Shown here one piece after another: positions 50,541 through 62,690 of a stretch of 64,000 nt of DNA. Within the stretch, counting starts at the first letter, position 1, and each line of letters opens with the position of its first letter. Location: assembly GCF_963921235.1 (NCBI RefSeq), contig NC_086097.1, positions 209,004,001-209,068,000 of the forward strand, given 5' to 3'. The notes under the pieces are model-generated. The model was not told the origin of the DNA. It searched no databases and saw only the letters and a program-made list of their open reading frames with translations. This DNA comes from Mobula hypostoma. Lineage: Eukaryota. Both the position numbers and the translations under genes were made by a program.

Positions 50541-52164
50541 GTATGGTCGCAACAATTGAAGTGATCACCCCATGATTTGTTTTTAGTTTTTTATTAGATT
50601 TTGAACTACTTGTGTGATTTTCCATTTGTTTTTCAACATCTCAATTTCACTTATTTGAGAACATGAGATCTTTTTGAAATATAGTTCAATGTAATTATTA
50701 AAAAGCAGAAAAAGAATGAAATACTTCCCATCCAGAGCAAGATATAAGGATTATGTATAGCATTGTATTTGGTATTCATTTAAAATCTAGACATTTATCA
50801 GCCTAGGTATGAGGGATGCTTTAGTATTGAGTGTTGGCAGGGACAAAACTGATGTCCTGCCATAAACAGAGCTACGGTAAACTGATTTTTCTCCATTATG
50901 TAAAAACCTCTTGTTTTAATCCCTTCTTCTACCTGGCTCTTGCTGTTAATACAGGCCACCTACTGAGGGGACTTAACTGGACCTGATGCACCCCACGTAG
51001 TCAGCAGAGACTGATAATCCCAGCAAGGGGCCTTATTTAACCAAATCAGGGTTTGTTGATCCTAACCCAGCTGGTGTAAATTGAGCCCTTGGTGAGTTGT
51101 TGACAGCCCAGGGGCTGACAGGCTCCAGAGGTGGAATACCCAGCAGGATTAACATTAGTTGACTTCACTAATTAACACTGGTGGGGATGATCCCACTGAG
51201 GAGGCATAATGACTAACAAATCATGACACCACAGCATTTCTCTGGCCTTTACTTTGATAGGAAAAATAAAGAAATGTGTATTTCATTAAATATCATAAAC
51301 TCTTCAAAAATAATCTTGGTTCTTACAGTTTTTTTATTATACGTATTAGATTATTACTGGGAAATCAAAGAAAAAAGTAGTAATCAAGAAACCGCACAGG
51401 TGTTGCAACGCTTTGCTTTAGAATATGAATTGAGGCATTCATCATTGTCTCTCTGCATGGGTGCCAGTTATTGATTTACTAATGTCTTCACATTCAATGG
51501 ATCCAATAATCAGTGCTCTTAGCCAAAGATGATTTTTTTCCCCCTGCAAAAGCAAAAACACTGATGTATTTTTAAGGTTTAGTTTCAAACCCATTTCATA
51601 TCACCAGGCTAATTCACAATGTAGAATTATAGAGGAAGTCTGTAAGGACATGGGTTCTTCTCCAGGAATAGAAATAGTACAGGATATGCAACAGTCAGCC
51701 TGCAATTTTCAATAAAGTTATAGTGGTACAATGAAGAAAACAGGTTTCAGTTAGTAAAACATAAAGACTAGATATGACATTCAAGAACTTATACCTTAGC
51801 AAATCAACACAGAGTGGTAGAAGTGAGATTCCTGGAATTATTTGGGAAATAATTGGATTCCACAGTGGGGGAAGGTGGGTGGTGGGTAGGTTTGTAGGTG
51901 CTTCAGTCATGATGGCTTTAGATAGGTTGATTAGCATTCTTATCTGTAATTATCTTGTGAAGTTGTACCACTCGTGGTGCTTTTGGGTAAATGCACCTTA
52001 TCCAATTCTTAGCATTCCTCCAGTCTGTGAATGCTTGTAATCCAAGCAGTAAACTATCTTGTCCTTTATAAAGTGCTTTTCCAACATTTAGACATTTTGT
52101 TACAATTTTTAACCTCCTGTTCTGTGTTGAAACTACACGTCATAATGTCTTTATCAACATTATC

Positions 52165-53740
52165 AGAGACCCCCACCGTCCAGGCCATGTTCTCTTCTTG
52201 CTTCTGCCATCAGGAAAGAGCGACAGGAACCTTAGGTCTCACCCCACTAGGTTCAGGAATAGTTATTACTCATGCTCTTGAACCAGAGAGGATAACCTCA
52301 CGTGTCTCAACACTGAACTGATTCCACAACTTATGGACTCACTTTCAAGCACTCTACAACTCATCCTCACAATTATTTATTATTATTATTTCTTCTTCTT
52401 TTATGTATTTGCCCATTGTACACAGTGTCTGAAGATCATGAAATATCCCACAAGGTTGAATTTTGGAGGTCATTGTGGCACCATAACTGTAGTTATTTTT
52501 CTATTTTCTATTTATGATTTATAATTTAAAATTTTAATATTTATTATCGATTTGTAATCCAGGGAGCGGGAAGCGCAGAATCAAATATCACTATGATAAT
52601 TGTACGTTCTGGTATCAATTGTTTGGTGACAATAAAGAATAAAGTATAAAGTCTCAGCCTCACTGGAATGACAGGCTTTAAATGAGACAGTAAACTAGAA
52701 CCCTCCATATAGTGCATTAAGATTTTATATGTCCTCACTTTTATGGACTCAAGTCAAGTCAAGTTACTTTTTATTGTCATTTCGACCATAACCGCTGGTA
52801 CAGTACACAGTAAAAATGAGACACCGTTTTTCAGGATCATGGTGCTACATGAACAATACTAAAACTACGATGAACTACGTAAAACAACACAAAGCGACAC
52901 TAGACTATAGACCTACCCAGGACTGCATAAAGTCATGTTAACTCATGTTTATTGTCATTTAACTATATACTTGTATACCTTCAAATGAGACAAAGATTAA
53001 AACGCTATAGTATACATACACACATAACACAAAAATAGCTATGAAAGTAAGGATGAAATCTACAGATGGATTACACGTAAGTAAACAAACAAAAGTGCAT
53101 AAAATAAATATTGTAAGGTACAGTACAGATTAATCAGTGACATTTTGAACACAATGCGACAGGAAGTTTAGAAGCCTAACAGCCTGAGGGAAGAAATTGT
53201 TTCCCATTTTTGTTTTTATGCATCGTGGTCTCCTGCTTGATGGCAAAAAGTCAAAGAGGATGCTGAGATCCTTAATAATACTAAAGGTCCTGTATACGCA
53301 GCTCTCCTGATGAATTTCCCTGATGGATGGTAAGGGAGACTTCTATGATCCTATCAGTCCTTTGAAGGAACTTTTGGTCTGATGCTCAGCTGCTGCCATA
53401 CCAGACGGAGATGCAACTTGCCAGGACGATCTCAATGGTGCTCCTATAACATGCAGTTAAGATGGGGTGACTTTAAGGACTCTACAGCCTGTGCTCTCAA
53501 TAGTTATTGTTTATTTATTTGTTTGTTTGTTTGTTTGTTTGTTTTTATTTCTTTTCTTTTTGTATTTGCACAGTTTGCTGTCTTGCACATTGGTCGTTTG
53601 TCCATCTGCCGTGTTTGGCTTTTCATTGATTCTATTGTGTATCTTTGTATTTACTGTGAATGCCTGAAAGAAAATAAATCTCAGGGGAGTAGTATATGGT
53701 GACATATAAGTACTTCGATATTAAATTTACTTTGAATTTT
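52165..53740. mobile_element. Cluster of about five Rex1/Babar 3'-end fragments in both orientations
   Basis: 52490-52650 matches 49730-49890; 52748-52935 matches the tail at 41414; further remnants at 52165-52430, 52940-53465 and 53470-53740. Confidence 0.8.
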
Positions 53741-54299
53741 GGATGGACATAAACAATCCTTTTGTATTTTTTGATAAAACTTTCCTCAGAAACTCTTCTG
53801 CACCAGTATCAATTTCTGAAAGTGTGAGGTTGACCCTTGCTGTGAATAATGTACAAGTTATGGAGGTCATCAGGTTGATACAGTATTGTCTAATAGTTTG
53901 ATATTTGGTTAAGGTTCATTTATTTCAAATTTTGCTATGCAGGTAGAATCCTCAGAAGGTCCTGTCCTGAAATGCTGAAGCCATTATCAATATAATTCTG
54001 AAGTACTCTACTGACTTCCTTCAGTATAATAGCTCAATCCTATCCAATCCTACCCAACACTCTCTCTGCCCCCAACTTGTCAGCTCTGATAATGTCACTC
54101 AGCTGCTAACTACAGCCTGCAAACATGTTTCATTGCATTGAGTCACAAAGCAGAATGCAATCCTCACTTCATCCTGCTATTGGCCCTTTGAAAGAACTGT
54201 CAAATCAGTCGCACTCCTGTGCTCATTGCCCATGAGTGTGGAAGATTTTTCGTTTTCATTAAGTATTTGAAGATTGGTTTCAGGGAAATTATGTGAACT

Positions 54300-54740
54300 T
54301 CTTTCCAGCACGAGGTAGAAAAGCAGGCAGGAGGGTTGCCTTTGTGACTGGAGGCATGTGACCTGGAATCTTCCACAGGAACTGGTACATAGACCCTTGC
54401 TGTTTGTTATTTAGATAAATGATCTAAATGTGAATTGAGGCAACATGATTAGTAAGTCCATTGATGACAAGATTGAGGGTGCTGTGTATAGTACAGGTTA
54501 TGCTCAATATCTGATAAGGTGCTAAGAAATACTGAGGAACAGAAGGACCTTGATTAGATATCCAAGTATCCCTAAAGGCTGCAATACAGGTAAGTTAAGA
54601 ATTCATGTGAGATAATTGCCTTCATGAACCAGGGTATAGAATAAGAACAAAATGATTATGGTACAATATCTAAAACATTATTAAGGTTACAGCTAGAGTA
54701 CCGTGCACTATTCTGGTCACTACGTTGTAAAAAGGATGCA
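54300..54740 (+). mobile_element. Very old CR1 RT remnant
   Basis: Degenerate LPQELV..PLLFVI.INDL and LEYRALFWS. Confidence 0.6.
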
Positions 54741-55894
54741 AGACCAGCTTTGTCCCTGGCAAGTTGAAAGAAGAACATGATTTTCCATTCTCCAGCCCTA
54801 CAGAATACTTCCCTTCTGGGTAAAGTGAATTGTGAATTTATTCTGATTTTGAATGGAACAGTGACACTATAAATCTAATATTAATATCATGACTATAGTA
54901 GAATACGAGAATATAGAGAAATAGAGAAACATCATGGCAGTGACAAACGCTGTAGGGTGCAGCACCGTAATGCTTGGCTGGAAAGCTGGAATGGAATGTC
55001 ATATATGGGTGTTATGGTGGAACTGTCATCAGTGGGACTTAACACAAATGACACCTTTTCCGCTGACAGTGTTCTGTGTGGCTTGTCTCAAAAAATTCAG
55101 TGAATTTCATAAATAAAACAGTTTATTTAATTTTCTAATTTAATGCCCACAATTCATTCTACTGGAGTGTTTTTACAGTTGTTGGTTTACTTCCTTGACT
55201 AATTAACTCACAATGCTTCGACTAAACTTGCTGAATGACTTGAATGTTGATGCTGCAGCTGGCGTATGGCTGGACAGATATTTTTGGTCCTGCAATAATC
55301 ACAGTTGAAGGATTAAGCCTTTCTGCCAGCTTCCGTAGACTATATTAGACAAACGGCCACAACGCCGTTGCACTGTAATTTCATAATCAAAACACAAAAT
55401 AAAAATCACTCCTGCTTTTCATCACTAAGTTACAATTGAATCACTGCATCTCCAATTAAACGAGTAAGATTCATTCTTCTAATAATATAGGGACTCTATT
55501 TTATTCTTTCCATTACTTTCTGTGACCAAAACAGGTAGGCAAGACTTCAAAGAATGTGTGAGGATCACGTAGGTTGATTCAATTTTCATTATTCTCAATA
55601 TTCATATAGGAAAACACATGGATGTCCAACTTTTGAAAACTTTCGGTGTTGTTAAAGTATGTTGCCCCTCTTTTTTTAAACATCACTATTCCCCAAGGGA
55701 ATGCATCCAGTACCGAAACAGGCATCACAATGAAGCTTCCTTTCTCTCTGTTTGGTGTGCTCCGCATATTGTATTTAATTGACAACAGTCCTTCCAATTC
55801 GATTGGTCAAAACAAGAAAAAAAGTGAACTAACCTGTCGACTAATTTTATACTATTGCTCAGTGCCAAAATAACCACCAAGACAGATAGTTATT

Positions 55895-56215
55895 TCTTTT
55901 TCTCCAGTCCTGCTGAAGGATCTCAGCCCGAAACGTCGACTGGACTCTTTTCCATAGATGCTGCCTGGCCTGCTGAGTTCCTCCAGCATTTTGTGTGTGT
56001 TGCTTGGATTTCCAGCATCTAATAGCAGATTTTCTGTTATTAGTTATTTCTTTCCTTACTCTGTGTTCCTTGACCTGGACAAACAATACGAAGGAAAAAC
56101 TTCACAGCAAACAAGAGAAAATCTTCAGATGCTGGAAACTCAAGCAACTGTACTTCTTCCTATAGGTGTTGCCTGGCCTGCTGCATTCCACTAGCATCTC
56201 TTGTATGTTGCTTGA
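55895..56215 (+). repeat. Penelope pseudo-LTR unit plus rearranged and inverted second copy
   Basis: Full unit at 55895-56037; inverted 'aacaagagaaaatcttcagatgctggaaactcaagcaac' at 56110-56148, then a direct partial copy. Confidence 0.85.
55903..55944 (+). ncRNA. Minimal type I hammerhead-ribozyme-like motif (variant core CUGCUGA)
   Basis: TCCAGTC-CTGCTGA-AGGATCTCAGCCC-GAAAC-GTC-GACTGGA: perfect 7-bp helix I, GAAAC and a GUC cleavage triplet. Confidence 0.6.
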
Positions 56216-56499
56216 AAAACTTTGCAGTATGGGTTTGATTTGAGGAGAATCGTGTATTATGCTTTCTTAAAAAAATACTTATCTGAAATGCAGATCTACT
56301 ACTTGTAATAATTAACTTACTCTCATGCAGATAAGTTAATAATCATGCCAAATCAAAAGAAAAATTCCAAAACTGTGAAAAATTTACTAAAAATTAAAAA
56401 CCAAAGCATTCATCACCTTTGTAATTACAGTGCTAACTTTCCTCAGATGCAATACTATATATTGCCTTACCAACTTACCAAATTTGTTGATGTAGAAAA

Positions 56500-58389
56500 T
56501 TGGAGGATCACCTGAGTAAATACCCTCTCTCTCTGTAAGGTACAACAGTCTGGTAGATTTTCAACAGACCAAATTAAAATAAAGGAGCATTCAAGACAAG
56601 TCAGGGAAATACCAATAGAAAAGCACAATGGGGGGGGGGAGTACAAGACCATCTCAAAGGCACTTTATATACCTTTGATCTCAATGTAGTCGATTGTGAG
56701 GAAGTCTATGAAACCACAGCCACAATGCCTAGGTCAGGCCACCCCTCTAAAATGAGTTGCCAGAGAAGGATGGCACTTGTAAGAGAAACTACTGTGATGC
56801 CAACAGTCACTGAGTGAGCTGCAGAAGTTGGTAGCTGCATGGCTCATGGCTCCACAATCTCTAAGGCCTTGCACAAAAAGGGTATTTATGGAACCATGGC
56901 AAGAAGGAAGCTCTGGCTGAAGAAAATGCATATTCTTGTCTGTAAACACTTTACAAAGCGTCACTTTGAAGATGCAGTAAAGATGTGGAAGAAGATCTCG
57001 TGGTCAAATGAGACTAAAGTGGAGCATTTTGGCCTCAATACCAAGCGGTACATGTGGTGCAAATCTAATACTGCACATCAGCCAGGTAACATCATCCCTG
57101 TTTCAGATGGCAGGTGTTTTTCTCTTCACATTTCTAATTGGCTTTTGTCAAGTCACTTCTCCAGCTCGTGGCCACGTTGATGGACTGAGGCAAAGCTGTC
57201 TCGGATCATGGTGATGAGGGCATGGTGAGAGGGCATGTTTGCACTAGGTGGAGGACATCCTAGGTTGGGGCACCACAGGGGCAAGCTGGGGTTTGTTGGG
57301 CCCCCGATCAATGTAGTGCTTGTGCTGTGTTGGCATGTCAACTTCTGAGTCTATTTGTGGCGGTCCAGTTTTTTCGGGTAGCTATAGTAAAGCCCGGGAG
57401 GACTGAAGTGGGGGTCAGATCAGATCTCTGTCGGGGGGGGGGGCATGTTAGCGTGCCAGTCAGTGTTTTCGTCTTAGAGTCGAGGTTTTTGAAGTTGTTT
57501 TCGGGATTTGAGTCGTAAAGTTGCAGGAGCATTTTCGATGCGTTTATGGACTGGAATGTTGTTGGGCGTATCTTGGGCACACTTGTAGAATTTTGCCTAA
57601 GCTGTTCTATGGATCTCTGGGGGTGCTATTCCACTCATTGTTGGAAGCCATTGGACAGGTGTGGATTTTAGAGCTCCTGAGATTATTCTCACAGAAGGAT
57701 GGAGATGTGTATCGATGATGTTTGTCTGAGCACTTCTCTCCCAGGTGGGGTGCGTAATATTCAGAGACTGAGGAACATTGTACTAGGCTAGATGTTGGTA
57801 GGACTCACTGGTTAGCACCCCTTTTGGTTCCTGCTATCTTCATGATCATGGCCATGCTGGATACCATCCCTACTGTAAGATAAGAATACCAGCAGCAGGG
57901 ACTGGAAATCTGCTCAGGATTGGTGGGAAGATGAGCGCTCCTAAATTCAATGAGATCTTGCGTTAAGATCCACTAGCCTCTGCCAAAAAGCTTAAACTGG
58001 GGAGTGCCAAGCTTAACCCAATCAAACATCTCTGGCAAGACCTCAAGATTGATGTCCACTCCTGTTCCCTACTAACCTGACACAGCTTGAGCAATATTAC
58101 AAGGAGGAATGGGCAAATCTTGCTCCATCACATTGTGCAAAGCTAATAGAAATATCCAAAAAGTCTACTGGCTGCAATAGTTGTGAGAGGTGGTTCAACT
58201 AAGCACTGAGCAAAGTTTTTGATTTTCTAGTTCTTCATGGTTTACAAATTTCTTTGCTTTTGTTTTGGTTCTACTGTGAACATGATATTCGCAAATAAAA
58301 CTTCTCAGTTAAATTGATCAAAATCCTGGTTATAAAATTCATCTATGTGAACAAAGAGTTGGGGGCTGAATGCTTCTATAAGATACGGT
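56500..58389 (+). mobile_element. Tc1/mariner transposon pseudogene, split by a LINE fragment
   Basis: KEHSRQVRE, YKTISKAL, STISKALHKKGIYGTMARRK, WKKISWSNETKVEHFG, LNPIKHLWQDLK, EEWANL, RGGSTKH*. Catalytic WSDE is mutated to WSNE. Confidence 0.92.
57100..57861 (-). mobile_element. Vingi/Ingi (I-group) LINE 3' fragment
   Basis: Manual translation gives SEYYAPTWERSAQT..IDTHL...RIISGALKSTPVQWLPTMSGIAPPEIHR and PGFTIATRKNWTATNRLRS. Flanking repeat catccct (57093-57099, 57865-57871). Confidence 0.75.
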
Positions 58390-58911
58390 ATTCTTATAGT
58401 CAACACATACCATTCTGGTGGAATTTAATCCATTATCATTTAAATTACAAATTAACATAATTTCATACAGATTTCACTGGCTTTTGATAAGAAATAGGCA
58501 CTTATGCTTTATCTAACAAGTTAAATGTTGTTTGTTTTTAAATATAACAATACTGGAAATACTTGGAAAATGTGCAGCTCAGGTGGTTGATGATTGGTTT
58601 GAGTTGTTTTCCGATCTTGGCAATCCATTTGCAAACATTCCATCACCATATGAGAAGACATCATCAGTGCACTGATCAATTGTGGTGTGGCGTAACCATA
58701 ACAATAATGAAATGGATAAAAGAGTTTTCAAGATATCATCAAACATTATAAATCCTGTGAAAAAAGCTGTGAATATTCTCATGATATTTTAATTAAAGGA
58801 ATGACTGATCAATAAAGGCTTGGGAAACCTGATGCTCTACTTTCCTTTTATTTGTCATTTTCTGGTCATTTACATAGTTGAATTATAACATATGAGGGAC
58901 AATTTTCTTAC

Positions 58912-59010
58912 CTGTAGGACATTTTATGCTGTTGGAAATCTTTCCTCAATCCACACTTTTCAATTACTTCATGTTTAGTCATCCTCACTAAAGATAGCCA
59001 CTTGAATTTT
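58912..59010 (-). CDS. Candidate internal exon (KFKWLSLVRMTKHEVIEKCGLRKDFQQHKMSY-R)
   Basis: Acceptor 'ttctttgccaatttag', consensus donor CAG|gtaaga, 99 nt open in one frame; phase 2 end matches the phase 2 start of 44209-44329. Confidence 0.3.
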
Positions 59011-59454
59011 CTAAATTGGCAAAGAACTTTCATAGTTCTTGGCACAGCAGTTACTCAAGGAACACCATACATAATATGAAGACCTAACAATGAAGCACTT
59101 ATATTTCCTAATTATTAGATATGATAGATTTTAGATATCGCTGTATCTGGTAGGCACTGAATTACATCCAAAGAGAAAATTTATTATTTCATGATTCTAG
59201 GTTCTGAATTAATCAGATTTCTCTTGTTCAGTACTTTACAAAGCAATTTACAATAATGGACAGAGAGTGGACATACAAATGAAAAGAGAAGGGAACAGAA
59301 AAATGAAAGAGCAATGCAGAGAAGATATTGCTGAAATATGAAGTTCAGAGGATAGTTATTGAGGGCGGGAGCCTAAAAGGAAATTGTTGAAGTTGAAGGG
59401 GCAGCTCCTGATATTACTATTAAGGTTAAGGGTTAACATAGATTAAAGATTAAA

Positions 59455-61720
59455 GAATTGTTACAGGTACATCAAAACTTTGAAACATATAGCGCAATGC
59501 GTCGTTTGTGTCAACAACCTGTGCAGGTCGAGGATGTGCTGAGCGCAGCCACCAGTCTCGCTAAGATCAGCATGCCCACAACTTACTAACCCATATGACT
59601 TTTGGAATGCGTGAGGAAACGGAAGCACCCAGAAAAAATATGGGGAACATACAAGCTCTTTACAGATAGAAACCATAGAAACCATAGAAAAACTACAGCA
59701 TAGAAACAGGTCTTTTGGCCCTTCTTGGCTGTGCGGAACCATTTTCTGCCTAGTCCCACTGACCTGCACACGGACCATATCCCTCCATACACCTCCCATC
59801 CATGTATCTGTCCAATTTATTCTTAAATGTTAAAAAAGAACCCGAATTTACCACCTCAGCTGGCAGCTCATTCCATACTCCCACCACTCTCTGTGTGAAG
59901 AAGCCCCCCTTAATGTTCCCTTTAAACTTTTCCCCCCTCACCCTTAACCCATGTCCTCTGGTTTTTTACTCCCCTTGCCACAGTGGAAAAAGCCTGCTTG
60001 CATTCACTCTATCTATACCCATCATAATTTTATATACCTCTATCAAATCTCCCCTCATTTTTCTACGCTCCAGGGAATAAAGTCCTAACCTATTCAACCT
60101 TTCTCTGTAACTGAGTTTCTCAAGTCCCGGCACCATCCTTGTAAACCTTCTCTGCACTCTTTCAACCTTATTTATATCCTTCCTGTAATTTGGTGACCAA
60201 AACTGAAAACAATACTCCAGATTTGGCCTCACCAATGCCTTATACAACCTCATCACAACATTCCAGCTCTTATACTCAATACTTTGATTAATAAAGGCCA
60301 ATGTACCAAAAGCTCTCTTTACAACCCTATCTACCTGTGACGACACTTTTAGGGAATTTTGTATCTGTATTCCCAGATCCCTCTGTTCTACTGCACTCCT
60401 CAGTGCCTTACCATTAACCCTGTATGTTCTACCTTGGTTTGTCCTTCCAACGTACAGTACCTCACACTTGTCTGTATTAAACTCCATCTGCCATTTTTCA
60501 GCCCACTTTTCCAGCTGGTCCAAGTCCCTCAGCAGGCTCTGAAAACCTTCCTCACTGTCTACTACACCTCCAATCTTTGTATCATCAGCAAATTTGCTGA
60601 TCCAATTTACCACATTATCATCCAGATCATTGATATAGGTGACAAATAACAATGGACCCAGCACTGATCCCTGTGGCACACCACTAGTCACAGGCCTCCA
60701 TCGGAGAAGCAATTCTCTACTACCACTCCTTGGCTTCTACCATTGAGCCAATGTCTAATCCAATTTACCACCTCTCCATGTACACCTAGCGACTGAGTTT
60801 TCCTAACTAACCTCCCATGCGGGACCTTGTCAAAGGCCTTACTGAAGTCCATGTAGACAACATCCACTGCCTTCCCTTCATCCACTTTCCTGGTAACCTC
60901 CTCGAGAAACCCCAACAGATTGGTCAAACATGACCTACCACGCACAAAGCCATGTTGACTCTCCCTAATAAGTCCCTGTCTATCCAAATGTTTGTAGATT
61001 CTGTCTCTTAGTACTCCTGCCAATAACTACCCTACTACCGACGTTAAACTTACCGGCCTATAATTTCCCAGATTACTTTTTGATCCTTTTTTAAACAACG
61101 GAACAACATGAGCCACTCTCCAATCCTCCAGCACCTCACCTGTAGACAGTGACATTTTAAATATTCCTGCCAGGGCCCCTGTAATTTCAACACTAATCTC
61201 CTTCAAGGTCCAAGGAACACCCTGTCAGGTCCTGGGGATTTATCCACTTTAATTTTCCTCAAGACAGCAAGCACCTCCTCCTTTTCAATCTGTATAGTTT
61301 CCGTGAATCACTACTTGTTTCCCTTAACTCCATAGACTTCATGCCAGTTTCCTTAGTAAATACAGACGCAAAAAACGTATTTAAGATCTCCCCCATTTCC
61401 TTTGGTTCCGCACATAGTCGACCACTCTGATCTTCAAGAGGACCAATTTTATCCCTTACAATCCTTTTGCTCTTAATATACCTGTAAAAGCTCTTTGAAT
61501 TATCCTTCAATTTGACTGCCAAGGCAACCTCATGTCTTCTTTTAGCCCTCCTGATTTCTTTCTTAAGTATTTTCTTGCACTTCTTATACTCCTCAAGCAC
61601 CTTATTTACTCCCTGTTTCCTATACATGTCATACAACTCCCTCTTCTTCTCTATCAGAGTTGCAGAGATAATGGCAGGAATTGAACCCTGACCACTGCCA
61701 CTGTAAAATGTTTTACTAGG
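59455..61720 (-). mobile_element. V-SINE split by a CR1 insertion
   Basis: tRNA-like head with B box GGTTCAATTCC near 61676-61686; V-domain 'tctgtaaagagcttgtatgttcccc...gggtgcttccgtttcctcac' resumes below 59667. Confidence 0.7.
59668..61664 (-). mobile_element. 5'-truncated CR1 LINE ORF2 (RT)
   Basis: ORFs 61259-61636, 60688-61023, 59966-60712 (FADD intact), 59750-59941; aaccataga tail repeat. Confidence 0.97.
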
Positions 61721-62487
61721 TTTAAGGTTAGGGTGGAAGAGATCATTGCTTTTAGTGTGGAAATTATTGTTGAGTATATTGGTGTTATTTGGTCAAAGAA
61801 ATAACTGGAAATCAAGAGGCTGGAGAAACAAGCAAAGTTTATTTGAAGGTTTTTTTGACATAGGGGAAACAGCGTAAGGCAATTTTTAAAATGGCATTAT
61901 CAGAGAAATGGATTTTAGTGTAGTTGAAAATGTAGACCCAAGAAATGAGAATGAAATATAAGCTGTGGAGCATGGAAGGCAAAAAAGAACAATAGTGGAG
62001 AAATATTGTATGGATTACAGCGGCAGAGGCATGAAAGTAAAGGTAGACAGTCTGTCAGAGATGAAATAAAACAGTGCCATCAAAGACTCAGGAAAAGGGA
62101 AAAAGTGGAGCACACCACCAAATAACCACACTTTTGTGGTAAGTCTTAATTATAATCAAAAATTATTTACATAACGAAATATCAGACCTATTTTAAGAAA
62201 ACATTATTCCTTTCTATTTGCAATCATAAGAAGGTATCCAGTTTGATTTTAATTTGTGCCTCTAAAGCAAATGTTGTGAAAGAATGTTGCTGCTTTAGCA
62301 AAACATGAACTTCTAGTCCTGAAAGGAAATTGCTGACTTTTTGCTTGAAGGAAGTAGAAATGCAAATATTCTAAAAATATTCACACCTCTTTTGAAGATG
62401 CAGACAATGGATATAACACATATGCTAGACAAAGAGCTTCCTGAACTAGACCCAGCATCACAAAAACGTATTTAGAGCATAACATAC

Positions 62488-62590
62488 GAAAGCTCGCAGT
62501 AAAAAGAAACTTTTTGTTATTTTATTGAATTTGCTACTACCAGTTCGCAACATAAACCATGGACAAGAATGAAAACGGGAATAAATGTCA
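62488..62590 (-). CDS. Weak candidate exon (DIYSRFHSCPWFMLRTGSSKFNKITKSFFLLRAF)
   Basis: Acceptor 'cttccatttttcacag', donor gtatgt, 103 nt, phase 2 to 0. Confidence 0.2.
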
Positions 62591-62690
62591 CTGTGAAAAA
62601 TGGAAGTTGTTTGGAACAAAATAGTGGTTGCTAGCAACAACCGTTTTTAAAAAGGCGAAGTAATACATACTTAATAAGAACTATATCTAT

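Noticed and set aside
56477..56534. Apparent 54-nt minus-strand exon (REGIYSGDPPIFYINKF) with a gtaagt donor
   Set aside because: Overlaps the presumed 5' non-coding part of the Tc1 element, and its phase 1-1 does not fit the neighbouring phase 2 candidates.
62351..62467. Plus-strand open frame SRNANILKIFTPLLKMQTMDITHMLDKELPELDPASQK
   Set aside because: Weak splice signals, no convincing partner exon and no recognisable homology.
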